Origin: Podarcis melisellensis
Taxonomy: Eukaryota
Strand: one strand, 5' to 3'
Assembly (NCBI GenBank): GCA_964234715.1
Contig: OZ174281.1
Length of the DNA stretch: 64,000 bases
How positions within the stretch are numbered: position 1 is the stretch's first letter; every line of letters begins with the position of its first letter. Both the position numbers and the translations under genes were made by a program. Shown here piece after piece: positions 52,965 through 64,000 of the stretch. The notes below the pieces were generated by a model, which saw nothing but the letters and a program-made list of their open reading frames with translations, was not told the DNA's origin and ran no database searches.

Positions 52965-53883
52965 TATCTATTGAAACAACCTCATAAGGTTATGAGTTCA
53001 AGAAAGAACAGTAAGTTCTCATTTTATCACCCTTCCTCCTCCCCTATTCCATGTGAATTCTCTCTCTCTTAGATTTTCAGAACTAGCCATGGCTAATGTT
53101 ATGCCTGCACGAGAATCTTTGCTAGCCCTGCTTAGCTCTCCCCAGAGTTCTGAAAGTTACTTTTAATGATAGTTGCAAACTCTTATTTGGTGCTTACCAT
53201 AGTTAGATGAAATACTAGTACACATGTGCTATTACACTACATCATGGTTCAGGCCCACTGTGAGCACCTGCAATGGTCAGGTAAATGCTGGGACTCATAG
53301 GCCCCAGGAAGGCCATTCAGGGCTAATGCTAGACTCTGAAATAACTTTTCACTGTCTTTGTTAATTTTTTATTTTTTTTACCAAAGTGGTGTCCATGCTG
53401 CAAAGTGGCTGCCAAGGCTGCATCCACCCACCATCTGCTTTTCCTCAGAATGCTTCTGGAACCTGATGCCAAGAGGTATTCTGGGAAATGAAAATGGCAG
53501 GTGGCAATAGCCTCAGAAAGTGCTTCACTTTGCAGTGTACCTGCCACATTGAGAAAACATGTTAAGAAGTGACAAAGCTACTTGTTGAGCTTACTTGATG
53601 CAAAGACCAGGGTGATATGGGAGGTCCTAGGAGGGGATTTTCTCCTGTACTCCTTCAAACCTAGCTCTGATCTTGCCATATGAAAATAAAAGGGAAGGAA
53701 AATTCACATGTGGAAGTGGAGGAAAATTGCATGAGCCTAGAGGCCACTGCTAATCATGGTTAGATCATGCCTGTCATTGGCTCATGTATGAAGGGAGTTC
53801 TGGACCAACACTGTTGTGGAGCATTGCACTGGTACAGTGAACCAACAGAACCAATCTTCTATAAACGGTTTGTGAATAAATTT

Positions 53884-54412
53884 ATAAGAACCCAAGAAGA
53901 GTCTACTAGATCAGGCCAATGGCCCATATAGTCCAGCACCCCATTATCACAGTGGCCAACCAGATGCTTGTGGTAAATCCGCAAGAAGGATTTGAGCACA
54001 AGATGATTCTCCCACCCTGTTTTTCCAGCAACTGGTATCCAGAAGCATTATTGCCTCCAACTGTGGAGGCAGATAAGAGCCATCATTTGATAGCCCTTTC
54101 CTCCGTGACTGTATCTAATCCTATTTTAAAGCTGTCTAAGCTAGCGGCCATCACTGCCTGCCATGGGTGCGAGTTCCATATAACTTTGTGCTGCATGAAA
54201 AAGTACTTTCTTTTACCTGTCCCGAATCTTTCAAGATTCAGCTTCATGGAATGTCCACATGTACTAGTGTTATTAGAGAGGCAGAAAAACTTTTCTGAAA
54301 AACTTATTCCACGCCATGCATAATTTTATCCTTGTCTATCATGTCACCGCTTACTCACTTGTTCTCTAAACTAAAAGTCCCAAATGCCACAACCTTTCTT
54401 CATAGAGGAATT
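53884..54412 (-). mobile_element. CR1-type LINE 3' fragment
   Basis: ATAAGAAC..AAGAAGAG...GATCAGGCCAATGGCCCAT.TAGTCCAGCA terminus followed by reverse ORF2-end-like sequence; matches the recalled squamate CR1 3' end. Confidence 0.7.
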
Positions 54413-54699
54413 ACTCCTTCCCTTTGGGTGCCCAGTCAGAGTAATGGGTATTTACTCAAATATATTATACTAGCTCTGCACTCTTCTATAACTACAGTAT
54501 TTTTTAAAATAAATGTTTACACAAATGCTAATGATTTTAGTGTGTATCTCAGATGATATTTAAATTAATCTTAAAAACTGCAGACTAGGATTTGGAAAAA
54601 CATCCTTCAGATGTTTTTCTTACGTTAAACAAAGAAATGGAATGGAACACGATTTACAGTTATCACAATAACCACGTCAGGTGCTGTAGCACTTTTTAC

Positions 54700-54741
54700 C
54701 TGACAAGTCAAAACTGTAAGACATGCTAAGAGGCCGGATTG
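54700..54741 (-). CDS. SPIRE1: SPIRE1 cassette exon 9 (AIRPLSMSYSFDLS), 42 nt
   Basis: Long pyrimidine tract plus ccag acceptor, gtaaaa donor; phase 1-1, frame-preserving; matches the mammalian alternative segment AMRPLSMSYSFDLS (recalled). Confidence 0.9.
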
Positions 54742-57437
54742 CTGGAAAAAGAAAAGAAAAGAAATCAAAATGACAAAAGAAAAACAATCTGTTTTTAAGG
54801 GAACACAAAGAAAACAGAAGGTTAGTTTAAATGAGAGACATTTCAAATTGTATTATACAGGCCAATCTAAATCTGAAATGAGTCAGACACTTTTTCTTTA
54901 CAGCAGTAAAGGTGTAAGTGTAAACACTGCAACAGCATCATGGGAGGTTGGAAATACATTAACACCTGGATCCTAAACATGTATTTCCCTGGAAGGGCCA
55001 GTTTAGCTAATATTAACTCCACATGCAGAGCACAGTGAGTATGATATTTAAAAGATCTTTACTGCATTTGCAGCCCCCAATATGCGCGTCTATAATATAC
55101 CTATCATTGTTGCACATTCTCATCAGGGATGATGCTGGTGTACAGATACTCTGCATAACTGGGCTGCACATGTGGTGATAATCTTTTAAACATTACACTG
55201 CCTTCACATTACATAGCCATAAGTAAAGGCTTTCCTGAAGCCTGCATGCAGGATTAATACCTTCTAATTTGGCCCGAAGTCACATTGATTTCAGTAAGGG
55301 CCACTTGACACATGACAAATTACTTAAATGAGTGTAGAAAATTGCATATAAATCTTTGTGTACACTGTTGCAAACAAAAAATACACATTTTTGTTGCTTC
55401 ACATGTTTAATTGCAAGGAAGTTCTGACTGCTAGCAGGTTTCTGTGGCATATACACATGGAAAAACAGATCTGCAATTTTTCAGCTTTGATTTTGTAAAT
55501 TCTATTTTATATTTCAAAATTATTCTGGTATAGGGAATTTGTCATGTTAGAAATGGCTATGAATGTACTTAGGATCACTGGTAAAGTAAAAAAAAAAAAG
55601 AATCCTGTCACAAAGATGCTGCTGAAAAGGTTATTCTGTAATAGAAATACATGCATAAATACATAAGGAGGGTGAGGGAGGGTGGCAAACATTATGGCAC
55701 TACATTTCAAGGAGGTAGGCACATGCAATTGCAGAGGTACTCAAAATAGTTTGGTCAATTAATCTCAGTACTGGCATAAAATCCCTGACTCTACTCCCAA
55801 CTGTAAATTGCCAAATGCACAAAATAACTATTCTTCAAAGATATCTATCATTTTTTTTATGAGAATAAGGTCATCTTGGCGGTAAAAAGAGCAGTTATTG
55901 GTGATTATAGTGTTTTCTCCAAATGCTTAAAGTGCTTCACATACTTCACTCAGTAATCCTTACAACAACCATGGAATGTAGGCCTGTATTATCCACAAAT
56001 TACAGACATGGAATTAAGATTGAAAAATGGTGGTCTGCCTAAAGCTGCCCAATATGCTAAAATTTGAACTAAAATTGGTTTACAACTCATGCTTTTAACC
56101 ACTTGACTATGCTCACATGAAAACTGAAAATAGGCAACTGCTGATAATCAGAGTATGCACTGCTGGTGCATAATTATATACTGTAAAGCTGGATGTGTAA
56201 ATAGATAACTTGAATTGCAATAGTATTCACACTGAATATTCTGACACTATAATTTAGGGGTTGCTAAACTCCACTTTGGAAGAAAAGATCCATCCTCCCT
56301 AAGCAAATTTTTCTGCCTTCTAGTAGCAGCAGTGAAAACAACAAAAATTAAAGAAACATTGTGCTGGTATAGGTGGAGCCTAGCGCCCTGATGGGGACGA
56401 AGATGGTTCCCTCCCCATTTATAGGCATTTCCTTCTTTATTGCCTGTGACATTAATAGTAGATACACAAGTCCTCTCATGTTGGTGCTGTTTTATGACTT
56501 TTAAATAAAAGTTTTAATATGTGAGAGTTTCAGCATTTATTTATTTTTAAGTGTCAGACAACAAATATCTCTTTCCAGTTGCATCAATGCCCTATAATTT
56601 CATTGACTTGTTTTTATTTAGTTTTTGAGAGGATGTGTGTTCTTGTGTCCAATGCTGCAGCATATATCTACCTTGATTTTTATTAATGTAGAAAGTGGTA
56701 TGGGTATCACTCTTCTCCAAGTTACGTGTGGACTAGATATCACACTATTGCATTTAAATCTTGTAGGACTACTGTGCAGAAATTGGAAGAGAAGTTAAAA
56801 ACACACACCCCATACACCAAAAGAATAAGTGACATGTTGCTTTGTACAAAAGGAAAGCAACCACTGCTACTTGTCAATAAATTAGTTGAAAACTACTCCA
56901 TGTGTCCAGCAAAGATCACTGTGGCAATTATTATTTTCCTAGACCAACATAAGAAAAACTGAAAATTGAAATAGCTGGTCTAAATCACTGATCATTATTA
57001 TTACTTTAATAAACACAGAGCCCGTGTGCCTTTTATCAGAGCTCCTGAGCTTGCAGACATTCCATTTCACTTTAATGACTATTCTTATGAAGAGAGCTCA
57101 GTGAACATACTGGTTTTTTCACTCCTGCAAGAATCAAGCAACTTAGGTACAATCACCACCTATCAAAATCAGCAGGTGGGTTTTGTTTAGCAATTTCCTT
57201 CCCTCTTTAGCCCCTTATTCCCCACACCCCCAAATCAGCACAAAAGTGTGCAGGTATGTGGGGAATCACTGGAGAATATCTCATTCCCTGTTCTCGTGAT
57301 AGAAGGCTCTGCTTCATCAATGAGCCTTCAGTAAGCGGAATGATACCAGTTGGATACAAGCCATTAGCAATATGCAATAATTTCATCAGCAGAGTACCAC
57401 CCAGGACTAATATAATCAAAAATCAAAATCAAAGTAC

Positions 57438-57567
57438 CTAGCCTGCTGCGCCTGATCTCATCAGGAGAGACGGGTCTCAGTTTTCTTTCAGACTTGATTT
57501 CTTCCAGTATTCTTTCATGGAGGCTACGTGGTCTTGGTGGGGTTGGTTTTAGTTTTCTTGCAGAGGC
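57438..57567 (-). CDS. SPIRE1: SPIRE1 exon 8 (WH2-D: [43 protein letters not shown])
   Basis: cacaag / gtactt; 130 nt; ends in phase 1. Confidence 0.96.
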
Positions 57568-58627
57568 CTTGTGAACATTAATACAAAAGTAGAGAATTGA
57601 TGCCAAACACTTCACAAGAGATGTGTACAGCAAATTATTATCATGGTGAAGTCTTTCATAAACTAAAACACACAGAGGGTTATGGGATGGATTCAGGCAT
57701 TGATCCAGACAGGCTTATATAATAAACCTTACTGGTTCTGAACTAGATCAAATTCAAGATAGCAGGTCTGATAGACTTTGTTTCTTCATGTTGTTTCTCC
57801 TCAGTGCTCAATGCAAAGGCAGCTAATTTTTTGGTAGTAATTGTACTTGCCCCATTTAGAAATTAAAGTATTCCCCCACCCCTTTTCAAATAAAAAGGAT
57901 ATATTCATCAGGAACTGGGGGTGATGGGGGGGAAACAACAACTAGGAGGCTACAAGTTAAATGGGAAATATGATTTATAGTGAATTAAAGCCTCTCCCTC
58001 CTTGAATCAAGAAATACGGGTGTAAATAAAAATTGATATTGGAAATTGTGTGGACAGAGTCAGGAATGAAAAAACCCAGAAAGCAAACAACAAGGCTAGC
58101 TGAAATAGGTTTGTAAGGAATGCGTATTATTTCAACAGTGAGTCTGGCAGCAATAAAGTTAGTGCTTGTCTGAATCCTGTATATGTTAAATATCAAGGGG
58201 GAAAGATAGCATGACCAACAGGAGGAAGTGCATTTGGGCATACCTGTCCCTGGTTAAATGGCCCAACGAGTGTGTGAGGAATTAAGAGAGGCAATGTCTG
58301 GGCAGGAATTGGCCACAGAAGGGAGGAAGAGTACAAGACTCAAGGTGAGAAAACCTACTGAGAGCAATATACTGTGAGCAGGGAGAAGGAAAGTGAAAAT
58401 ACCAGAGAGTTTTATTTTAAAAGAATTCCTGTTACTTGTTTTAACTTTCTATGCAAGCATTATAAAGCTGAAAGGGGATAGATTATATGGAAAATGTTTG
58501 TGTTTTCTATTCTACAGCATTTTTCAGGTGAGAAGTGGTAGAAGCATCAATAAAAATAATTATTGCAAACAAAATATATTTAAAAGCTACATCTTAACTG
58601 GGAAAAGGCACATATCAGATTACATAC

Positions 58628-58714
58628 TGGATTTAATGGAGGTCGAGATCGGATAAAGTCCAAGATAATATCATGAGCACTCTTTTTTAATCGTGGAGGG
58701 ATATCCCCATTGAC
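58628..58714 (-). CDS. SPIRE1: SPIRE1 exon 7 (WH2-C: [29 protein letters not shown])
   Basis: tttcag / gtatgt; 87 nt. Confidence 0.96.
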
Positions 58715-59231
58715 CTGAAAGAGAGAAAACTAATGTTTTATATGCACATCTGTATCATCTGGTAATTTGAAAATGGAAACAGGGCAATGCATCCTAAAAC
58801 CATCATAATCACTGAAATGCATCAACAGTCTTCAATCAGCTAAGGGGTGCTGAAGATAATAACATGTTGTTTGACATTAAGAATTATCTTTGATGAATCA
58901 GACCAAAAATCCAGAACTATCACAACAGCCAAAAGGAAGCAAGGCACAATGGGAAGAATTCTGCTTGCTGCAGCCATTGGCAACCTCCACCTACATATTG
59001 CCTCAATTTCACCCACCCACCCAAATTGCCAAAATGATCATAACAGCAGCTGCTGGTCCAGCATTTTATTCTTACATAGGCCTGAAGGCCACAAACAGAA
59101 TATGAGTGCAAGAGCACTTTCCTCACTTGTGATTCCCAGCAACAAAGATGTTATATGCCCTATAAGGCTTTTTCCGCCTGGGCTCTCTCTCTGTGTCTCC
59201 CACTGTCTGTTTCCTTCTCTCTTTTACTTAC

Positions 59232-59233
<2 letters not shown>

Positions 59234-59277
<44 letters not shown>
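59234..59277. repeat. (CA)n microsatellite
   Basis: Directly visible. Confidence 0.97.
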
Positions 59278-59279
<2 letters not shown>

Positions 59280-59660
59280 CTCTCCCCCTCTCTGGGCTAT
59301 CAAATTTCAGCGGTGCCCCATGCAATGCTAAAATTCAGCACCCCCTGCCTCTCGTGCTCTGTTCTACACCATTGTTGAAGCATCCCTTGTGGCACCAGGA
59401 CCCAGTGCGGACAAACCAGTCGCACCGCCTTTAAAACTGCCTCTGCACACACCATGGAAGAGGAAGCAATTTCCAGAGGAGTGGTCTACAGAACAAGAGC
59501 GGGCCTGCAATGTCCAGAGGTCTGCATAATGCCATCTATACAACCTGCAGGGTTTCCACCACTATTCTATGGATATGTGTGGAATCATAAACCTGACTTT
59601 CACCAAAAGACACAGTGAAAGGTGGTCATTTCTTTTTAAACTTGTGTTGTCACAGCTTAC

Positions 59661-59825
59661 CATAACTTTCCTTAAAGTATAGCGTTTGGATCGAATATCA
59701 TCCATCAGCATCTCATACGGAGTGAGCTGATACTCTATGGGAAGAGGATTGAACTGACGTTCTTTAACTTTCTTCAGTTTCACACCATCTCGCAAGTCTC
59801 GCATGACCTGCACCCAAAACTGAGC
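59661..59825 (-). CDS. SPIRE1: SPIRE1 exon 6 (WH2-A/B: [20 protein letters not shown]...[19 protein letters not shown])
   Basis: ttcag / gtaagc; 165 nt; LKKV and LRKV WH2 motifs. Confidence 0.97.
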
Positions 59826-60208
59826 CTGAAGAATCAAGAACATTAATATTTTTCAGAATCCATAATCAAATGTTAGCCCACTAAGAAAAATAACTAAGCT
59901 GATCCAAAACATAATGATCACTAGTTTAAATTAACTTTTATAACTTTTCTTAGTTGTGGTTTTAAATATAAAATTTTATAAGCTTTTATAGGTATTATAT
60001 AAATTGTATAGATAATGTTTATAAATTTATGATATTCTGATGTTTTTATTGTACACTACCACAATATGTTTTAAGAGTTGGAGGTTTGGAAATATGCTTA
60101 TCAATAAATAAAAACACATGAACAGTAAAACAAAAACAAAAAACACTCCACAATCGTACACAATATTTGGCCACAATATTTAGTGTATTATTTACAAGGC
60201 AGTATTAC

Positions 60209-60292
60209 CCAATCAGCAGTTTTTAAATCATCAAGATCAGCGCTGGAGTCATCAGTTCCTTCTCTGTCCATTTCCTGCATCTTCTTCAAATT
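60209..60292 (-). CDS. SPIRE1: SPIRE1 exon 5 (NLKKMQEMDREGTDDSSADLDDLKTADW)
   Basis: cttcag / gtaata boundaries; 84 nt. Confidence 0.93.
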
Positions 60293-60711
60293 CTGAAGGT
60301 TAAAATAGAAGGTAGATATGTTGCAATGAAACAGCAGCAGTATGGTCAGAATAGATCAGAACCAGCCCTTTCATAACCAAAAGAGGCTGTACACTAGCGG
60401 AACGGCATCTTTGAATCTCAGCCAATATATTTGCAATGTGGGCAACAGATGGTGAATAGAGTGGGGATGAAGTGGGGTCCAGAATCAAAATGGTAGAGAC
60501 AGAGAAAGGAGGGGCACAGGCAAGAAAACAACACAAGGTTAATGAAAGGGATTTCAGTTCTTCCTGCAACCCTTGTTAGTCTGGGTTTGATGTCAACGCA
60601 GGACTTCAAGAATGGACTCTGGCTTATCAGTGTTGGATCAGTGGTTGCTTAAAAAAGTTGTTATCCATGACTTGATTCAGAATGTCACTGCTGACCTGAG
60701 ATCTAATAATA

Positions 60712-60820
60712 CCTGGGATAGCTCAGTTGGTAGAGCATGAGACTCTTAATCTCAAGGTTGTGGGTTCGAGCTCCATGGTGGGCAAATGACACCCATAGTC
60801 CCTTCCAAAATTCTATGATT
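60712..60820 (+). mobile_element. tRNA-Lys(CTT)-derived SINE (not a functional tRNA)
   Basis: TAGCTCAGTTGGTAGAGCATGAGACTCTTAATCTCAAGGTTGTGGGTTCGAG is near-identical to tRNA-Lys(CTT), but the acceptor and T stems are mutated and a CR1-type tail (GTCCCTTCCAA...TTCTATGATT) follows. Confidence 0.75.
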
Positions 60821-63470
60821 GATCTAAGAGGGTGGTATCAGCCTTGAAGCTAGGCATTTAGATTTGCAGATTATTACCTTTAGAAGGTCTATATGGTCTA
60901 ACACTGGGGGCCCATTAATATCTGTGAGTGGATGCATTGGTTTCTGTTTCCCCCAAAAGTGAAGTCTATAGGTTGAGAAGGAGGTCCTCTTTGGTGGGGT
61001 ACCCATATACCTAATATGAAATGTATTTGAACATCCTGCCCTATCTCCAAGCTATTCACCGTACTACCACCACCACCACTAATAATGATAATAAATAGCT
61101 GACATTTGTATAACATTTTCAGGTGTTAAAAGCACTTCACATACATTAACTAGTTGTAATATTTACAACAACCTTATAATCAACCTTATAAACCTGTAAT
61201 ATAAGGAATGGAATCTGTTCATCTGTTGTTTAAATTGGTTTATTGCTAGATTTCTAGACCTGACCTTTTTAAAGGTACTTTACTTAACTTGATGTAATAG
61301 TGTCATATTTGTCACAGTTTGTGTCAGATGAAGCCATGCGTATATGTTTCCCTTCTATTGTTTTCTTATTATTTCCTGCATCTGTATATAAATCTTTCCA
61401 CCAAGGAGATTTGATTATACACTGCTCTGCTTAACACTAGAAATCTCTGCACCACTGCCAATTGAAAGTTTTGTATAAATAATGTGACACATTCCATTAT
61501 AATTTCACCTAACTGAAACCTGAATTTCACTCATTGTTGTTTCAGGTAAATAAACTAACTTTTTGCTAAGAACATGTTGTAAAAAGCTGCTGAAAATTTA
61601 ATGATCCCAGAAAAGGTTGACATCTGTTGGGAAAGATAATACAGGGAAATCTCCCCTGAGAGATCATTTGAAAGCTTGAGCCATTGAGAGAGATTGCATT
61701 TCCTTCTTTATTTTAAATAACAAGTGTTACTGCTTTCTATACAAAAGGGCAGGTAATAGACAGTTTGGATGCTTGATGTGTAAACTCTATTGAATAAGCA
61801 TATTGTTGTTGTTTGTATTATAGAATTGTAAAACCAATTCACCCTGACTGCTGTATTACGATGAAAAACTAATGAAAATGAACATTAGGGCACTAAGTTT
61901 CATGGCAAGAGGTTTAATGACATCACTACTTCCAGCAAATTAGTCATGTGCACAGTCAGCTTCTGCAAAAATTATGCAGAACAAGTTTCTACTGAACTCA
62001 ATCTGGGGGAAAGGCTGTAATTCTGAACAAAATGCAATGAGTGCACTTCCACAGCAGGCTCACCACACAAATTATATACATCTGTACACATTCTAGTTTT
62101 ATCATATAAGCATGAAAAAATAGACCCTGTGGATGACATTGAACATAAGTCGAATCCTCAAATGAGATTTGTTGAATTGACAGGAAATGGCTCATTCTTT
62201 ATTGAACCAAAGGTCACTGCAGCATTAAATCAGAGTGCACAGTCTAAACCTCTCCAGAGAGCAGTTATTTTAAGAGCTTTCTGGTCACCACAAATTTAAG
62301 TCTATCAATGTTTTTAATATACCACCTAAATGCTAAAAGCTGCAATATTAACTTCATTTACCTGGAAGTAAGCCCCACTGAATTCAGTAGGACTGTACTT
62401 CTGAGTAAAGAAGGTTAGGATTGTACTGCAAGTCACTGTCTGTCAAATCTCTGTCGTCAAAAGGAATTGTTAATACGTACTAAAAGGCTAAAGTTGCCAA
62501 AACCAGGTTGCCATTTTAATATCAAACTTTCATTCAAAATTTGCAAATGTGTGAAAGCTCAGCATCTGTCTCATATTTAAGTATGTGCAGCATTACATTT
62601 GATCCCTTTACATTTTTTATTAACTCTTAGGGCTGGCTCCCCTAGTGGAAGCCAGCACAAGGATTCCTGCTAGTGCAATGAGGCTTTCCCCTCTTCCCCA
62701 AAAAACCCTGAACAGCACACAGTGAGATGAGAGGGGAGATAATTCTGCTGGGCAAGCAGAAATGCTTGTAATGATTGAACAATCTATTTAGTGTTGTATT
62801 TCATCCTTAAATATTTAATTTTATCACAATGCCTGCATAATTAATTTGTGTTATAGAGTAAATCTGATGAAATTAATGAACCTAAGTTATTAACTTCAAT
62901 GAATTAACTCTGAGTAGAACTAGCACTGAATACCACCCTTTATTTTTATTTAGCTGGGAGTTTATTATATGCAGCACCATACTGAACAAACTTGAAACTG
63001 TAAGAGTATGAAATGAAAAGAAACAGACAAGAGAAGAAATCTGTTGAAACTGAAGAACAGAAATATTGTTGAAGAGGAATAACAAAAAAGAAATAGGACC
63101 ATTCTGAACGAGCCACTGGGGAACCAGCTCCAGTTGCGCCTCTCCCCCTGCCTCTCAGGAGGAGACAGAGGAAAAGGGAGGGCAAAACCACACACAAACT
63201 GCTCAGACTGGGACACACAAATGTTGTACTGTATAAGAATCTTTCATATCACTAGAAAGGTTCAAATATAGGAATATTTCAAGAGAGAGTAAAAGCCATA
63301 GGCAGGCTAGGTCTGGAAGAGGATGAGGAAAGGCTCTAAAAATCCTACCTAACAAGTCCAGTGGGAAGCATCATCCTTACAACAGAATGTCCTCCAACCT
63401 ATTCTGGCAAAAATTACCTTTTTTGACATAGTATGTGTACATATTAGTGTACAGAACGAAACAAGTCTCA

Positions 63471-63638
<168 letters not shown>

Positions 63639-63684
63639 CTAGGGGGAAACAAATGTTTTAATGATATAAGCATCATTGTTCTTG

Positions 63685-63686
<2 letters not shown>

Positions 63687-63731
<45 letters not shown>

Positions 63732-64000
63732 TTGTATACTGCCCTTCATCTAAAGATCACAAAGTTCTAAAAATACATAACAAAGCAAAAAACAAAAACA
63801 AACCAATAATGCCCTTCCTACAAACACATTTAAGGGCTATACAATGTTCAATCAGCCAAAGGCATAAATACTGAGAAATGTTTTTGCCGGGGCGTCTGAA
63901 GATATATAAGGAAGGAGCCAGGCAACCCTCCCTGGGGGGAGCATTTCACAAATAGGGAACCACCACAGAAAAGGCTTATTCTTGTGTTGTTGACCTCTGG
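63687..64000 (-). mobile_element. Diverged L2-like LINE 3' end with (TAT)n tail
   Basis: (TAT)n then TTTGTATACTGCCC...GGGGGAGCATTTCACAAATAGGGAACCACCACAGAAAAGGC, paralleling the reverse complement of the L2 3' end at 28.7-28.9 kb. Confidence 0.55.

Noticed and set aside
53919-54323. 134-aa ORF
   Set aside because: Antisense reading of a CR1 3' fragment.
58847-59434. 195-aa plus-strand ORF
   Set aside because: Intronic and antisense to SPIRE1, non-ATG start, passes through a (CA)n repeat (THTHTH) and has no recognisable domain.
60712-60784. tRNA-Lys(CTT) gene
   Set aside because: The acceptor and T stems are disrupted, it continues into a CR1-type SINE tail, and a second decayed copy at 46.35 kb shows it is a SINE head.
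63050-63220. Possible internal SPIRE1 promoter or alternative first exon
   Set aside because: Locally GC-richer, but there is no CpG island, convincing donor or in-frame ATG that I can support.

Overview
Vertebrate nuclear DNA, most likely a squamate reptile and probably a lacertid lizard (inferred from Squam3-like SINEs, BovB/CR1/L2/Penelope fragments and Tc1/mariner MITEs). The window is the AFG3L2-PRELID3A-SPIRE1 syntenic block. AFG3L2 coding exon 1 (- strand) lies head-to-head with a complete PRELID3A/SLMO1 gene (+ strand) across two CpG-rich promoters. PRELID3A converges tail-to-tail with SPIRE1 (- strand, 15 coding exons, probably exons 4-18; the 5' end is outside the window). All listed exons were translated by hand and have AG/GT boundaries in compatible phase. 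Main findings: (1) PRELID3A has two homologous, in-phase alternative last coding exons, one mammal-PRELID3A-like and one PRELID3B-like; (2) the 58-aa mitochondria-targeting SPIRE1 exon 13 (Spire1C/mitoSPIRE) is intact in a reptile; (3) Penelope-like fragments carry hammerhead-ribozyme cores, including a 116-bp near-perfect palindrome between the two PRELID3A last exons. Most ORFs in the supplied track are spurious. Homology statements come from recalled protein and repeat sequences, not from database searches.
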